64,000 bases of DNA from Patescibacteria group bacterium (GCA_041662625.1 JBAZSB010000001.1:681385-745384), one strand, 5' to 3'; positions 48,643-57,884 are shown, numbered from the stretch's first letter. Numbers and translations: made by a program. The notes: generated from the sequence alone by a model not told the origin.

Positions 48643-49083
48643 ATGTCTTTTACTAGCCATATATATCAGATAAAATTTTCAGGATCAAGAATGCCTGAAA
48701 AAATTTTATTGTTTGAAAGCAATAAAATAATTATTGATTTTAACAAATTAAAACCTGACGATTACAGTTTTAAATTTGGTAGCTATTTCGGCACCAGTTT
48801 TGCACAAAAAATAATTACCATTAAAGACCCTAAATATATAACCAATGATAAATCCCCCAACAAAAAATTTTACCCCATATCAATTCTACATGAAATAGGT
48901 CATTCCAAACTACACAAAAGTCCTCCAAACAAAAAACCAGTGGGGCTTATAAAATACGAGATGGAAGCATGGGAATATGCGCTTGAAGAGATAAAAGACA
49001 AAAAACTAAAATATAATGCCGAGGAACTCCAAAAATTCATTTCAAAATGTCTTAAATCTTATATAAAAAATAATCACGCTTAG
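48643..49083 (+). CDS. ImmA/IrrE-family zinc metallopeptidase (HEIGH...E.EAW.YA)
   Basis: 146 aa; ...PISILHEIGHSKLH... then about 25 aa later ...YEMEAWEYALEEI..., matching the ImmA/IrrE HExxH...ExEANxFA signature. Confidence 0.6.
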   Translation: MSFTSHIYQIKFSGSRMPEKILLFESNKIIIDFNKLKPDDYSFKFGSYFGTSFAQKIITIKDPKYITNDKSPNKKFYPISILHEIGHSKLHKSPPNKKPVGLIKYEMEAWEYALEEIKDKKLKYNAEELQKFISKCLKSYIKNNHA

Positions 49084-49124
49084 TAAAACAAATCTTTAAC
49101 TCCTTAATTATCTCTGCTAAATAA

Positions 49125-49151
49125 GTTCTAACGTCGTCCCTTTCCCGACCC
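49125..49151. repeat. 27-nt direct repeat GTTCTAACGTCGTCCCT(T/C)TCCCGACCC, copy a
   Basis: 26/27 identical to 50342-50368; the pair brackets the GC-rich hydrolase gene. Confidence 0.75.
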
Positions 49152-49189
49152 TTTTGCGCCTTACCCTATTAACCCACTTTGGCGGCGGG

Positions 49190-49273
49190 TGGCACTCTCG
49201 TTACGGGTTCTCCGCCACATTATTAAATCAGAAAAGGCGGATCCGCCTTCGGCGGAGATTCCCGTAGGCCACC
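49190..49273 (+). pseudogene. tRNA-His 3'-portion copy interrupted in the T-loop by the 46-nt GC hairpin element (right att-like junction of island)
   Basis: GTGGCACTCTCGTTACGGGTTC + [49211-49256 insert] + GATTCCCGTAGGCCACC; matches tRNA-His 40285-40322 apart from the insert and one substitution. Confidence 0.7.
49211..49256. repeat. 46-47 nt GC-rich hairpin element copy 2
   Basis: TCCGCCACATTATTAAATCAGAAAAGGCGGATCCGCCTTCGGCGGA; see copy 1 at 39994-40040. Confidence 0.7.
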
Positions 49274-49411
49274 TGAACCTACGATGCAAATCGTAGTTTC
49301 AGGAAAAGACATCTCCCCTGTTTTGGGGAGGTATTTTTTATAAAAAAACAGAGCCCGCGCGAGTTTCACCTCGAGCAAGGCTCTAGATTAAAGTGTTATG
49401 TACCCATGAGC

Positions 49412-50221
49412 TTAGTCAGCCTCCGCCCATTGCCTGACAGATTCGGTAATTAACCGTTTCATCTCCGCCTGTTGGTCGGGCTCAGCGTAACTATGCTCAG
49501 CCCCGATCACAACTTGGACTTCGGTCCCAAGAACCGCGGCCAATCTACGGCTCTGGTCAATCGGCACGCAAGTGTCCTTCTCACCGTGGATGATCAGGGT
49601 GGAGCAACGGATGCCGGCTGACATACGCATCGTGTCATATGACTGAAGATCGACCCAGTAGTCGTAACTCAGGTCATACTCCACGATGTCATGATTATCA
49701 TGCAGGGTTCCCTGCTCTTGCCATTCCCTAATCTGTGTATTACCCAGCCGTTCTTGCCAGAAGCGTATTGGTTCAGTCACAGGGGACTTCAGGATCAGCC
49801 GTTCAACGGTCGGATCTTGGGCAGCCACAACCAGTGAGACTAGCCCGCCAAAGCTGGCACCGAGCAAGGCAATATGGTATTGCCCAATTCCTCGTAAATA
49901 AGCAATCACGGCGTTCAGACTGGCAACAGCCTTAGTCAGGGTAACATCGGCTGATACAGCGTATCCACTTGTGTGGCCGTAGAGCGGACCATGGCCGTAG
50001 TAGTCATACCGAACGGTTCCGATGCTCAAACGGTTAAACTCCCCCTGAAACTCTTTGTAGAGTCCGCTGTCTCCGCTTGAGGTAAATCCATGCGACATAA
50101 CAACAACTGCCCGGGCATCAGTCGGAATTGAGACGATCGTGCGCACAGGATTACCCGCCGAGTCATAAAGCACCATTGTTTCCTCTATACACATTAGACG
50201 ATTCCTCCCTTCGCTAGACAA
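49412..50221 (-). CDS. alpha/beta-hydrolase fold protein (GxSxG; dienelactone hydrolase/S9-like), GC-rich cassette
   Basis: 269 aa; nucleophile elbow LLGASFGGLV, ...HGEKDTCVP..., ...GAEHSY...; about 53% GC; RBS AAGGGAGG. Confidence 0.7.
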   Translation of the reverse strand: MSSEGRNRLMCIEETMVLYDSAGNPVRTIVSIPTDARAVVVMSHGFTSSGDSGLYKEFQGEFNRLSIGTVRYDYYGHGPLYGHTSGYAVSADVTLTKAVASLNAVIAYLRGIGQYHIALLGASFGGLVSLVVAAQDPTVERLILKSPVTEPIRFWQERLGNTQIREWQEQGTLHDNHDIVEYDLSYDYWVDLQSYDTMRMSAGIRCSTLIIHGEKDTCVPIDQSRRLAAVLGTEVQVVIGAEHSYAEPDQQAEMKRLITESVRQWAEAD

Positions 50222-50341
50222 AGGTTCAAAACGTTAATCTAATATTACATAATCATTAAGGTTTGTCAATAATTTTGGTATTTCGTATCGACTGCATCAC
50301 AAAAATAAATTCTTAATTCTCTAATAATAATGGATAACCTC

Positions 50342-50368
50342 GTTCTAACGTCGTCCCTCTCCCGACCC
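50342..50368. repeat. 27-nt direct repeat copy b
   Basis: See 49125-49151. Confidence 0.75.
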
Positions 50369-50378
50369 CACCCAAAAC

Positions 50379-50403
50379 AATCGCCCTAGAGGCGATTTTT
50401 TGG
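50379..50403 (+). terminator. ATCGCC-CTAGA-GGCGAT + T6 hairpin terminator (family copy 1)
   Basis: Same stem as 57324-57347 and 58592-58616. Confidence 0.6.
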
Positions 50404-50466
50404 TAAAATTAGAATATGATTAAAAACTAACCAGATCACATCCAATTTTAATCAACAAAGATTAAT

Positions 50467-51657
50467 ATGAAAGCCAAATCAATCTTTTCCGGAATTAGCC
50501 GCAATGTCGTAATTTTGGGCGTCGTCAGTTTGCTAACCGACTTAAGCGGGCAGATGGTTTTTCCTTTGCTGCCTCTATATATTACTACAGTCTTAGGCGG
50601 CGGCGCCGTGGCCGTCGGCTTAGTGGAAGGCGCAGCCGAAGCAGCCGCTTCACTACTGAAGGTTGTTTCCGGCTACTGGTCGGACAAAATCAAAAAAAGA
50701 AAACCATTTGTCTTTTTCGGTTATTTTCTTTCCGCCATAATGAAGCCGGTATTGGCTTTTGCTAGCAATTGGTTTTTAGTGCTTACCATCCGCGTGGCTG
50801 ACCGGTTTGGCAAAGGTTTACGGGATGCGCCACGCGATGCTATTATTGCCGAATCAAACGAACAAGCGACTTTAGGCAAAGCCTATGGTTTTAACCGGGC
50901 CATGGACGGCCTGGGGTCAGTCGGCGGAGCGATGCTGGCTTTTTTTCTTTTGCCGATTTTTGGTTTTGTAAATTTATTCAAGTTGGCGATTATTCCAGGG
51001 CTAATTTCAGTCGGCTTTGTCGCTTTGGTGAAAGAACCAAAGTACCCTGAAACGATTAATAAAAAAATTTCTTTAAAAGTTGGATTTTCCGAATTAACCC
51101 GCGAGTTAAAATTATTTATCATCATTGCCGCCATCTTTACTTTAGGCAATTACAACTATGCCTTTTTGATGCTGCGGGCAAAAGCCGATGGGTTTGATAA
51201 TGGCCAAACCATTCTGCTGTATGCGGTTTTCTTTTTGATCTATACGCTTTTATCAATGAGGGTTGGGGCTTTATCCGACAAAATTGGCCGCAAACTGATT
51301 ATCATGGCGGGTTACAGCCTATTCACTATTCTTTCCTTGGGCTTGTATTGTTTTGCCGGCAAAGAATATACTGTTGCTTCATTTATAATTCTTGGCATAT
51401 TTTTTGCCCTTATCGATGGCTCCCAGCGCGCGCTGGTCGCTGATTTAGCACCAGCCGATCTTAAGGGAACGGCACTGGGCACTTTTCATACTTTTATTGG
51501 ATTGGCCGCTTTGCCAGCCGGATACATTGCCGGCACTCTTTGGGCTAGTATCAACCCGGGCGCGACATTTCTATTCGGCGCCGCGGTCGGGCTAATTTCA
51601 GTAATCGCGTTTTATCTGGCTTTAGGCAAAACGGAAATTAAACGGCACAAAAACTAA
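50467..51657 (+). CDS. MFS transporter
   Basis: 396 aa, 12 TM; ...GYWSDKIKKRKPF... and ...DRFGKGLR... MFS loop motifs. Confidence 0.8.
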   Translation: MKAKSIFSGISRNVVILGVVSLLTDLSGQMVFPLLPLYITTVLGGGAVAVGLVEGAAEAAASLLKVVSGYWSDKIKKRKPFVFFGYFLSAIMKPVLAFASNWFLVLTIRVADRFGKGLRDAPRDAIIAESNEQATLGKAYGFNRAMDGLGSVGGAMLAFFLLPIFGFVNLFKLAIIPGLISVGFVALVKEPKYPETINKKISLKVGFSELTRELKLFIIIAAIFTLGNYNYAFLMLRAKADGFDNGQTILLYAVFFLIYTLLSMRVGALSDKIGRKLIIMAGYSLFTILSLGLYCFAGKEYTVASFIILGIFFALIDGSQRALVADLAPADLKGTALGTFHTFIGLAALPAGYIAGTLWASINPGATFLFGAAVGLISVIAFYLALGKTEIKRHKN

Positions 51658-51708
51658 TTTGAGTCAAAATAATATTCTGCTCACAAAAATATAATCTTAA
51701 TCGAGTAA

Positions 51709-52860
51709 TTAAGTCAATCTCAAAAAAATTCTCAGCCACAAAAATAAAGCATAAAAATAAATCAGATTATTGATTTTCCTTTTGGTTGGTAAAATAATCA
51801 ACAGACTAAATAAATATAAGTCGGCAACTACCCGCAAAAAAGTCCAATCCTCCACCCAAATATTCTTAGAAAAAGAGAGAAATAGAATAAAATAAAAAAA
51901 CCACGAAATCTTTATAACTAAATCAACTTTTGAAAATTTTAAGCTATAGACAGATATTAAAATTAAAGTGGCCAAAAAACCAATTTCCAGCCAATAAAAA
52001 GAGTTTATTGTTTTAATAATTAACAAACTGCTTATCAAGCCATAAAGAGGAATTAGGTAGGTATTAAAGTGCGAATCAATAAAAAGCGGCCACGTGCCCC
52101 ATACTGAATGGAGATAAAAATGCCAAAATAAAAATACTAGCACGGGAGCGATACTGCTATACAAGACTAATTTATAATTCCTTTCCTTTTTTGACCAATA
52201 CAGATAAAGTGAAGCGACAAATAAAGCAATGAGAAATATAAAATTTGTTTCTCTGGTCAAAACTGTAAAAATTAAAGCTAGGGAAAGAAAAAAATATTTA
52301 TTTGTTTTATAAAAAAACAATGAGGCGAGCAGAAAAAAAACAGCTAATATTTCAGTCAAGTCGCGCGAAAGAGTAAAAAGAAAGCCTGGGTAAAAGGAAA
52401 GAAAAATCCCCCATAAGGCATTCACATTAAATAATTGCAACACTTTACCGGCCAGCCAGCCGATTGTACACAAGGCTAAATAATTAACAATTAATAAAAA
52501 AATAGGCACCAAGGCTGGCTGACTAAAAGATAATAGCCAAACTACCAAAGGGTAAGCAATTCGCTGCTGCCTCAAAGCCGGTAAATCTAATCTAACTCCA
52601 TATTCGGTTTGATTTTTAGTAAAAGGATTTAAAGCTAACCGATAATAAAACTGGCCGTCATAGCCCCATGAATTTTTTTCCACTGTTAAATTAGGAAAGA
52701 CTTCTTTTACATCAGAGAACTTGTCACCAGCAACAACAAAACGAGAAAAGTCATAATTATTGTTTATTAGCTGTAAAGAAATAAAAAATCCATAAAAAAT
52801 GGCAGTTAAAATAAAAACTGCCCAGGGCGAATTAATTTTTTTAAAAAAATTTTTTAGCAT
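51709..52860 (-). CDS. hypothetical polytopic membrane protein (possible glycosyltransferase-39/87-like)
   Basis: 383 aa, about 11 TM, no clear catalytic motif. Confidence 0.35.
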   Translation of the reverse strand: MLKNFFKKINSPWAVFILTAIFYGFFISLQLINNNYDFSRFVVAGDKFSDVKEVFPNLTVEKNSWGYDGQFYYRLALNPFTKNQTEYGVRLDLPALRQQRIAYPLVVWLLSFSQPALVPIFLLIVNYLALCTIGWLAGKVLQLFNVNALWGIFLSFYPGFLFTLSRDLTEILAVFFLLASLFFYKTNKYFFLSLALIFTVLTRETNFIFLIALFVASLYLYWSKKERNYKLVLYSSIAPVLVFLFWHFYLHSVWGTWPLFIDSHFNTYLIPLYGLISSLLIIKTINSFYWLEIGFLATLILISVYSLKFSKVDLVIKISWFFYFILFLSFSKNIWVEDWTFLRVVADLYLFSLLIILPTKRKINNLIYFYALFLWLRIFLRLT

Positions 52861-53021
52861 CTATTTATTGATTCATAACTATCACCTTAATTATACCACA
52901 ACTAGCTTTTAAGAATAAAAGTTCAATTTTTTTAACTTTAGTTTAGCAACTTTCCAACCAACAACAGCATCAAAAAAGTCCTCCTTTAAAGGGAGGCTTT
53001 TTTGAAATTAACGGTTATAAA

Positions 53022-54290
53022 CTATTTGCTGTTTCCCGCCAAGTAACCAGTGGCAAAAGCGATTTGCAAATTGTAGCCGCCGGTTGGGCCATTTAGATCA
53101 ATTATTTCACCGGCAAAAAACAAATTTTTTATAATTTTTGAACCCATGGTTTTGGGATTAATTTCTTTCAAGTTTATACCGCCAACGGTAATGATTGCCT
53201 TTTCAAAACCATCAAGGCGATCAACAGTTAAAGTAAATTCAAAAAATAATTTAAGTAGCCGGCTTTTTTCTTCCCGGGTTAGCTGGCCGGCCTTTTTATT
53301 TTCGTCTATCTTTGAAAGTTTAATAAAAATTGGAATTAATTTTTTTGGCAAAAGCTGGCCCAAACTGTTTTTAAATGCTTTATTGGGATTTTGGCCGAAA
53401 TCTTTTTGCAGCCGCAAATCTAAAGCCGGCCAATCTAAAGCGGGCTTAAAATTAATTTTTAATTCAACTGCTCCTTTAGCCAAGCATTGGCCGATGGTTT
53501 GGCTTAAATCCAGAATAATCGGGCCAGATAAACCGCTAGCGGTAAATAATGCTTCACCGAATTCCGAAGCCACTTTTTTATTGTTTTGATAAACGGCAAT
53601 TGAAACATTTTTCAAACTTAAACCTTCAAGATCTTTAACCCATCTTTCCTTAAGCAAGACTGGCACTAGCGCCGGTGTGGGCTTAACTATTGTATGGCCC
53701 AAATTTTTCGCCCAGTTATAGCCGTCGCCGGTGCAGCCCGTGCCCGGGTAAGCCAATCCCCCGGTCGCTAAAATTATTTTTTGGGCTGTAATCTCATCAT
53801 CAACTAATTTGATTTTTGTTATTAAATCTTTTTGTAAAACCAATTCTTTAATTTTAACTTGCTTAATAACTGTCACCCGGCCCTCGCTTAAAAATCGAGC
53901 TAAAGCATTCAAAACATCTGCCGATAAATCAGAAACCGGAAAAACCCGGCCACCTCGCTCCACTTTGGTCTTCACGCCGAGGTGTTTAAAAAAATCAACC
54001 ACGTCTTTTGGCCCAAAAGCCGCCAACGCGGAAAAAAGAAATGGGCCGTTTACGCCGAGTTCTTTTATAAATCCGCGGTTGTCATCCCGGATATTAGTAA
54101 TATTACACCGACCTTTGCCGGTAATTAACAGTTTTTTACCTAAGGTCTTATTTTTTTCCAACAATACCACTTTAGCTCCGTTTTTGGCGGCTGTACCTGC
54201 TGCCATCATCCCTGCCGGCCCGCCGCCGATCACGGCAACATCAAATTTTTGAGAAGTTTTATTCATAATTTGATTATACCATAGGAGCAA
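53022..54290 (-). CDS. HI0933/BaiN-family FAD-dependent oxidoreductase
   Basis: 422 aa; DVAVIGGGPAGMMAAGTAAKNGAKVVLLEKN Rossmann GxGxxG; ...GKGRCNITN... family hallmark. Confidence 0.75.
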   Translation of the reverse strand: MLLWYNQIMNKTSQKFDVAVIGGGPAGMMAAGTAAKNGAKVVLLEKNKTLGKKLLITGKGRCNITNIRDDNRGFIKELGVNGPFLFSALAAFGPKDVVDFFKHLGVKTKVERGGRVFPVSDLSADVLNALARFLSEGRVTVIKQVKIKELVLQKDLITKIKLVDDEITAQKIILATGGLAYPGTGCTGDGYNWAKNLGHTIVKPTPALVPVLLKERWVKDLEGLSLKNVSIAVYQNNKKVASEFGEALFTASGLSGPIILDLSQTIGQCLAKGAVELKINFKPALDWPALDLRLQKDFGQNPNKAFKNSLGQLLPKKLIPIFIKLSKIDENKKAGQLTREEKSRLLKLFFEFTLTVDRLDGFEKAIITVGGINLKEINPKTMGSKIIKNLFFAGEIIDLNGPTGGYNLQIAFATGYLAGNSK

Positions 54291-54369
54291 TTATTATTTT
54301 AAAAAATCGCTATAAAGGCAATTTAATGGTATAATCAGCTTACTTAGTACTAATTTTACAACAACTTGC

Positions 54370-55695
54370 ATGACTACCCCACTTAACCCTAATAAAACTT
54401 TTAACGAGCTTGGCATTGCTCCTAAGCTTTTAGAAATTTTAGCCCGGCATAAATTTTTTCATCCCACCCCAATTCAGGAGCAATCAATCCCGCCAGCCAT
54501 TGCCGGCAAAGACTTAATGGGCATTGCCCAGACCGGCACTGGCAAAACCTTGGCCTTTGGCATTCCGATGATTCAAAGGATAGCCCAGAATCAGAGCGGA
54601 ATGATGGGTTTAGTTATTTTGCCGACCCGCGAGCTGGCATTGCAGGTTGATCAAACTCTCAAAAAAATCGGCGAATCAATTGGCTTAAGAACCGCCATTT
54701 TAATCGGCGGCGAAAATCCGGCCAAGCAACACAAGGCCCTAAGGCTGAGACCACAGATCATTATTGCTACCCCGGGTCGGATTAATGATCATATTCAAAA
54801 CTCCCATTTAAATTTATCCAAAGTCGGCATTTTGGTACTAGATGAAGCTGACCGAATGCTGGATATGGGCTTTGCCCCGCAGATCAAAAAAATTCTCCAA
54901 TCCGTTCCCAAGCAACGCCAAACAATGCTGTTTTCGGCCACCATGCCCCAGGCAATCGTGGCTTTGGCTAGATCATATATGTCACTTCCTTTGCGCGTCG
55001 AAGTGGCCCCTTCAGGAACAACGGTAAAACAAGTCACGCAAGAATTATTTTTTGTCGACGCCAGAGACAAGATTTCACTTTTGGCAAATGTTTTAAAGCA
55101 ATACCCAGGCAGTGTTTTAATATTTTCCCGGACTAAATACGGCGCCAAAAAAATCACCCACCGAATCAGAGCCATGGGTTATACGGCCAATGAAATTCAC
55201 TCTAACCGAACACTTAACCAAAGGCTGGAAGCTTTAGAGGGTTTTAAAATCGGGCGCTACCGGATATTAGTGGCCACCGATATTGCGGCGCGAGGAATTG
55301 ATGTTTCAAATATTCAGCTTGTTCTTAACTACGACTTGCCGGAAAACCCTGAGGATTATATCCATCGAATCGGCCGGACGGCCCGAGCGGGCAGAACCGG
55401 CCATGCGATTTCTTTTGCCACTCCGGATCAACGCGGCGATATTAAAGGCATTGAACGCTTAATTAGAACTAACCTGCCAGTTTCAGTGACACCGGCTCTA
55501 CCAAGGATAGAACAACCAGTGCTACAATCCAATTCTAAACCAGCTTTTGGCCAAAAACCTCGCCAAAACCTAAACCGTTACAAGCTGGGCCGCTTTCAAC
55601 CACAAAATACCCAAAACAGAAACAACTCCTATAGAAGAAGGAGGAATGGACAAAAATCAAATCGGTCACATGGCCAAAGACAATGGTCTAAATAG
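54370..55695 (+). CDS. DEAD-box ATP-dependent RNA helicase
   Basis: 441 aa; Q-motif, AQTGTGKT, DEAD (VLDEADRML), SAT, HRIGRTARAG; Arg/Asn-rich C-tail. Confidence 0.9.
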   Translation: MTTPLNPNKTFNELGIAPKLLEILARHKFFHPTPIQEQSIPPAIAGKDLMGIAQTGTGKTLAFGIPMIQRIAQNQSGMMGLVILPTRELALQVDQTLKKIGESIGLRTAILIGGENPAKQHKALRLRPQIIIATPGRINDHIQNSHLNLSKVGILVLDEADRMLDMGFAPQIKKILQSVPKQRQTMLFSATMPQAIVALARSYMSLPLRVEVAPSGTTVKQVTQELFFVDARDKISLLANVLKQYPGSVLIFSRTKYGAKKITHRIRAMGYTANEIHSNRTLNQRLEALEGFKIGRYRILVATDIAARGIDVSNIQLVLNYDLPENPEDYIHRIGRTARAGRTGHAISFATPDQRGDIKGIERLIRTNLPVSVTPALPRIEQPVLQSNSKPAFGQKPRQNLNRYKLGRFQPQNTQNRNNSYRRRRNGQKSNRSHGQRQWSK

Positions 55696-55720
55696 ATAAA
55701 TAAAAAGTTGGCGATAAAAT

Positions 55721-56206
55721 ATGGTAAAAAAATTTCAGTTCTGGAAAAATAAATTCTTTTTTGGCAGTACCTCTGCCATTATTACCAATTTAGCGCTGAT
55801 TGCCGGTTTAGACAGCAGCCTTAACGCCAAGATAAATATCATCGCCAGTATTTTAATGATTGCTATTGCGGACAATATTTCCGATTCATTAGGCATTCAT
55901 ATTTATCAGGAAGCTGAAGGATTGAATAAAAAAGAAGTTTGGACATCTTCATTATCCAATTTTTTGGCAAGATTCTTTCTTTCCATTATATTTATCATTA
56001 TAGTAATATTGCTGCCGCTAAATATAGCAGTGATTGGCTCAATAATATTTGGTTTATCAATTATTGCCATTATTAGCTATGAAATTTCCATTCATAAAGG
56101 AGAAAATCCTTATAAAGCAACGGCTAATCACCTGATAATAGCGGCAGTTGTTATATTTATCAGTAGCTATTTAGGCGACTGGATTAGCCAAAGATTCAAT
56201 TATTAA
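55721..56206 (+). CDS. hypothetical membrane protein (VIT/CCC1-like?)
   Basis: 161 aa, 4-5 TM; weak resemblance to VIT-family C-terminal TM region. Confidence 0.3.
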   Translation: MVKKFQFWKNKFFFGSTSAIITNLALIAGLDSSLNAKINIIASILMIAIADNISDSLGIHIYQEAEGLNKKEVWTSSLSNFLARFFLSIIFIIIVILLPLNIAVIGSIIFGLSIIAIISYEISIHKGENPYKATANHLIIAAVVIFISSYLGDWISQRFNY

Positions 56207-56237
56207 ATCATTTTTGACTGTTTATAAAACATAAGCT

Positions 56238-56350
56238 ATAATCAAATTGCCTTGGACATTGCGGAGCGATGAAGTGACAGGTCTCAAAAGAGCACTTCAA
56301 AGCTAAGAAACAGTGTCAATTACAACCGGCTTTTGTCGGTTTTTATTTTT
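56238..56350 (+). promoter_or_regulatory. terminator-bearing 5' leader of terC (candidate yybP-ykoY-type Mn riboswitch or attenuator)
   Basis: TATAAT at 56226, about 105-nt leader with internal stems, ending CCGGCTTTTGTCGG + TTTTTATTTTTT 10 nt before the terC start; TerC genes are commonly riboswitch-controlled. Confidence 0.4.
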
Positions 56351-56358
56351 TAATAACT

Positions 56359-57279
56359 ATGCAAGCTCAAACTTACCTATTCATCTTATTTAGTACTGTT
56401 GTCATCGGCTTCCTCGCCGTTGATCTTGGCTATTTCAACCGAAAAAGCCACAAAATCGAATTTAAGCCGGCTTTGTGGCAATCAATGTTTTGGATTGGGA
56501 TTTCTATTGCTTTTGCTTTTTTGGTTTTTCTGTTTATGAGTCGGGAGCTGGCCGCGGAATTTCTGAGCGCTTATGTAACGGAAAAAATGCTTTCAGTAGA
56601 CAATTTATTTGTGATAATGCTGATTTTCAGTTATTTCAAACTGGAAGAAAAATATCACCACCGGGCGCTGTTTTGGGGGATTTTGGGTGCGATTGTTTTC
56701 CGTGGTGTTTTTATCAGCGCCGGCGCTTATTTGGTTCACCAATTTTATTGGATACTATATATCTTCGGAATAATTTTGATTTATACCGGGGCCAAACTTC
56801 TAACCGGTAAAAAAGAAGAACATATTGATTTTGAAAAAAATAAAGTCATTAGACTTGCCAAAAAAATACTGCCGCTGACAACCACTTATCACAACGGAAA
56901 ATTCTTTTTGAAAGAAAAAGGTAAATTATATTTTACCTCATTGTTTCTAACTGTACTACTGGTAGAAACTTCCGACATAATCTTTGCCGTTGACTCTATC
57001 CCGGCTGTATTTTCGATTTCCCAAAATTTATTTATTGTTTTTACTTCCAATATTTTTGCCGTGATGGGACTTCGGGCGCTATTTTTCTTAATTCAGAATG
57101 TATTGCATCTGTTCCATCATCTGCAAAAAGGTTTGGCAATTATTTTATTTTTTATCGGCCTAAAAATGCTTTCCGGAATTATTGGAATCCATATTTCCTC
57201 ACTTATATCTTTTAGTGTTATTATGCTGATTTTAAGTTCATCAATAATACTTTCGGTATATTTTCCGAAAAAAATATAA
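56359..57279 (+). CDS. terC: TerC-family integral membrane protein (putative Mn/metal efflux)
   Basis: 306 aa; ...LAVDLGYFNRKSHKIEFK..., ...EKMLSVDNLFVIMLIF... conserved TerC blocks. Confidence 0.8.
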   Translation: MQAQTYLFILFSTVVIGFLAVDLGYFNRKSHKIEFKPALWQSMFWIGISIAFAFLVFLFMSRELAAEFLSAYVTEKMLSVDNLFVIMLIFSYFKLEEKYHHRALFWGILGAIVFRGVFISAGAYLVHQFYWILYIFGIILIYTGAKLLTGKKEEHIDFEKNKVIRLAKKILPLTTTYHNGKFFLKEKGKLYFTSLFLTVLLVETSDIIFAVDSIPAVFSISQNLFIVFTSNIFAVMGLRALFFLIQNVLHLFHHLQKGLAIILFFIGLKMLSGIIGIHISSLISFSVIMLILSSSIILSVYFPKKI

Positions 57280-57323
57280 ATACTTACCGTGCCGAAGCTC
57301 AAAGTAGAATTAGACTATGCCAT

Positions 57324-57347
57324 AAATCGCCCAAAAGGCGATTTTTT
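57324..57347 (+). terminator. ATCGCC-CAAAA-GGCGAT + T6 hairpin terminator (family copy 2)
   Basis: After terC; followed by TTGCTATAAT promoter-like sequence. Confidence 0.6.
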
Positions 57348-57404
57348 GCTATAATTGCTAGTAGGGTGACTATATAATAGCAAATTAATTAATAACTTAA
57401 ACCT

Positions 57405-57884
57405 ATGAAAATTTATGCTGTTGTAATTACTATCATCGCTGTCTTAGCACTAATTTTAGCCGGCTACTTATTTTGGCAGATGACGGCTATCCAGACTAAC
57501 TTAAACCAAGCCCAAGAGCAACAAAGGCAAGCTAATGATGAACTAACCCAGGTTAAAACTGAGTTAAGCCAAACTAAGGATGAATTGAATAAGGTCCGGG
57601 AACTTATTGATACCGGTCTAACCACGGCCAAAGAGAACTCCGACATTTTAAAAAATTCCCTGGAAACTTTCTTAGTGGCTGGCGATTTGAAAATCTTTAC
57701 CATCAGCGAAACCGAAGCCCAAGCAATAACCGATAAAATCCAAAGCCTTTCAGACAAAATGGACAAAGTCGGCTTGGAAAAAGCCTGGTCTGATTTTTTG
57801 AAAAGCCAAAAAATCACTGATTATTTTGCCTTTGCCCGAGCGGCAGCTTCAAATATCAACGGCAAATTACAAAACATCCATTAG
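57405..57884 (+). CDS. membrane-anchored coiled-coil protein
   Basis: 159 aa; N-terminal TM, Q/E/L-rich heptads. Confidence 0.45.
   Translation: MKIYAVVITIIAVLALILAGYLFWQMTAIQTNLNQAQEQQRQANDELTQVKTELSQTKDELNKVRELIDTGLTTAKENSDILKNSLETFLVAGDLKIFTISETEAQAITDKIQSLSDKMDKVGLEKAWSDFLKSQKITDYFAFARAAASNINGKLQNIH

Noticed and set aside
53146-54252. Plus-strand ORFs 53146..53589 and 53809..54252 antisense to the flavoprotein gene
   Set aside because: Embedded antisense in a well-supported 422-aa CDS.
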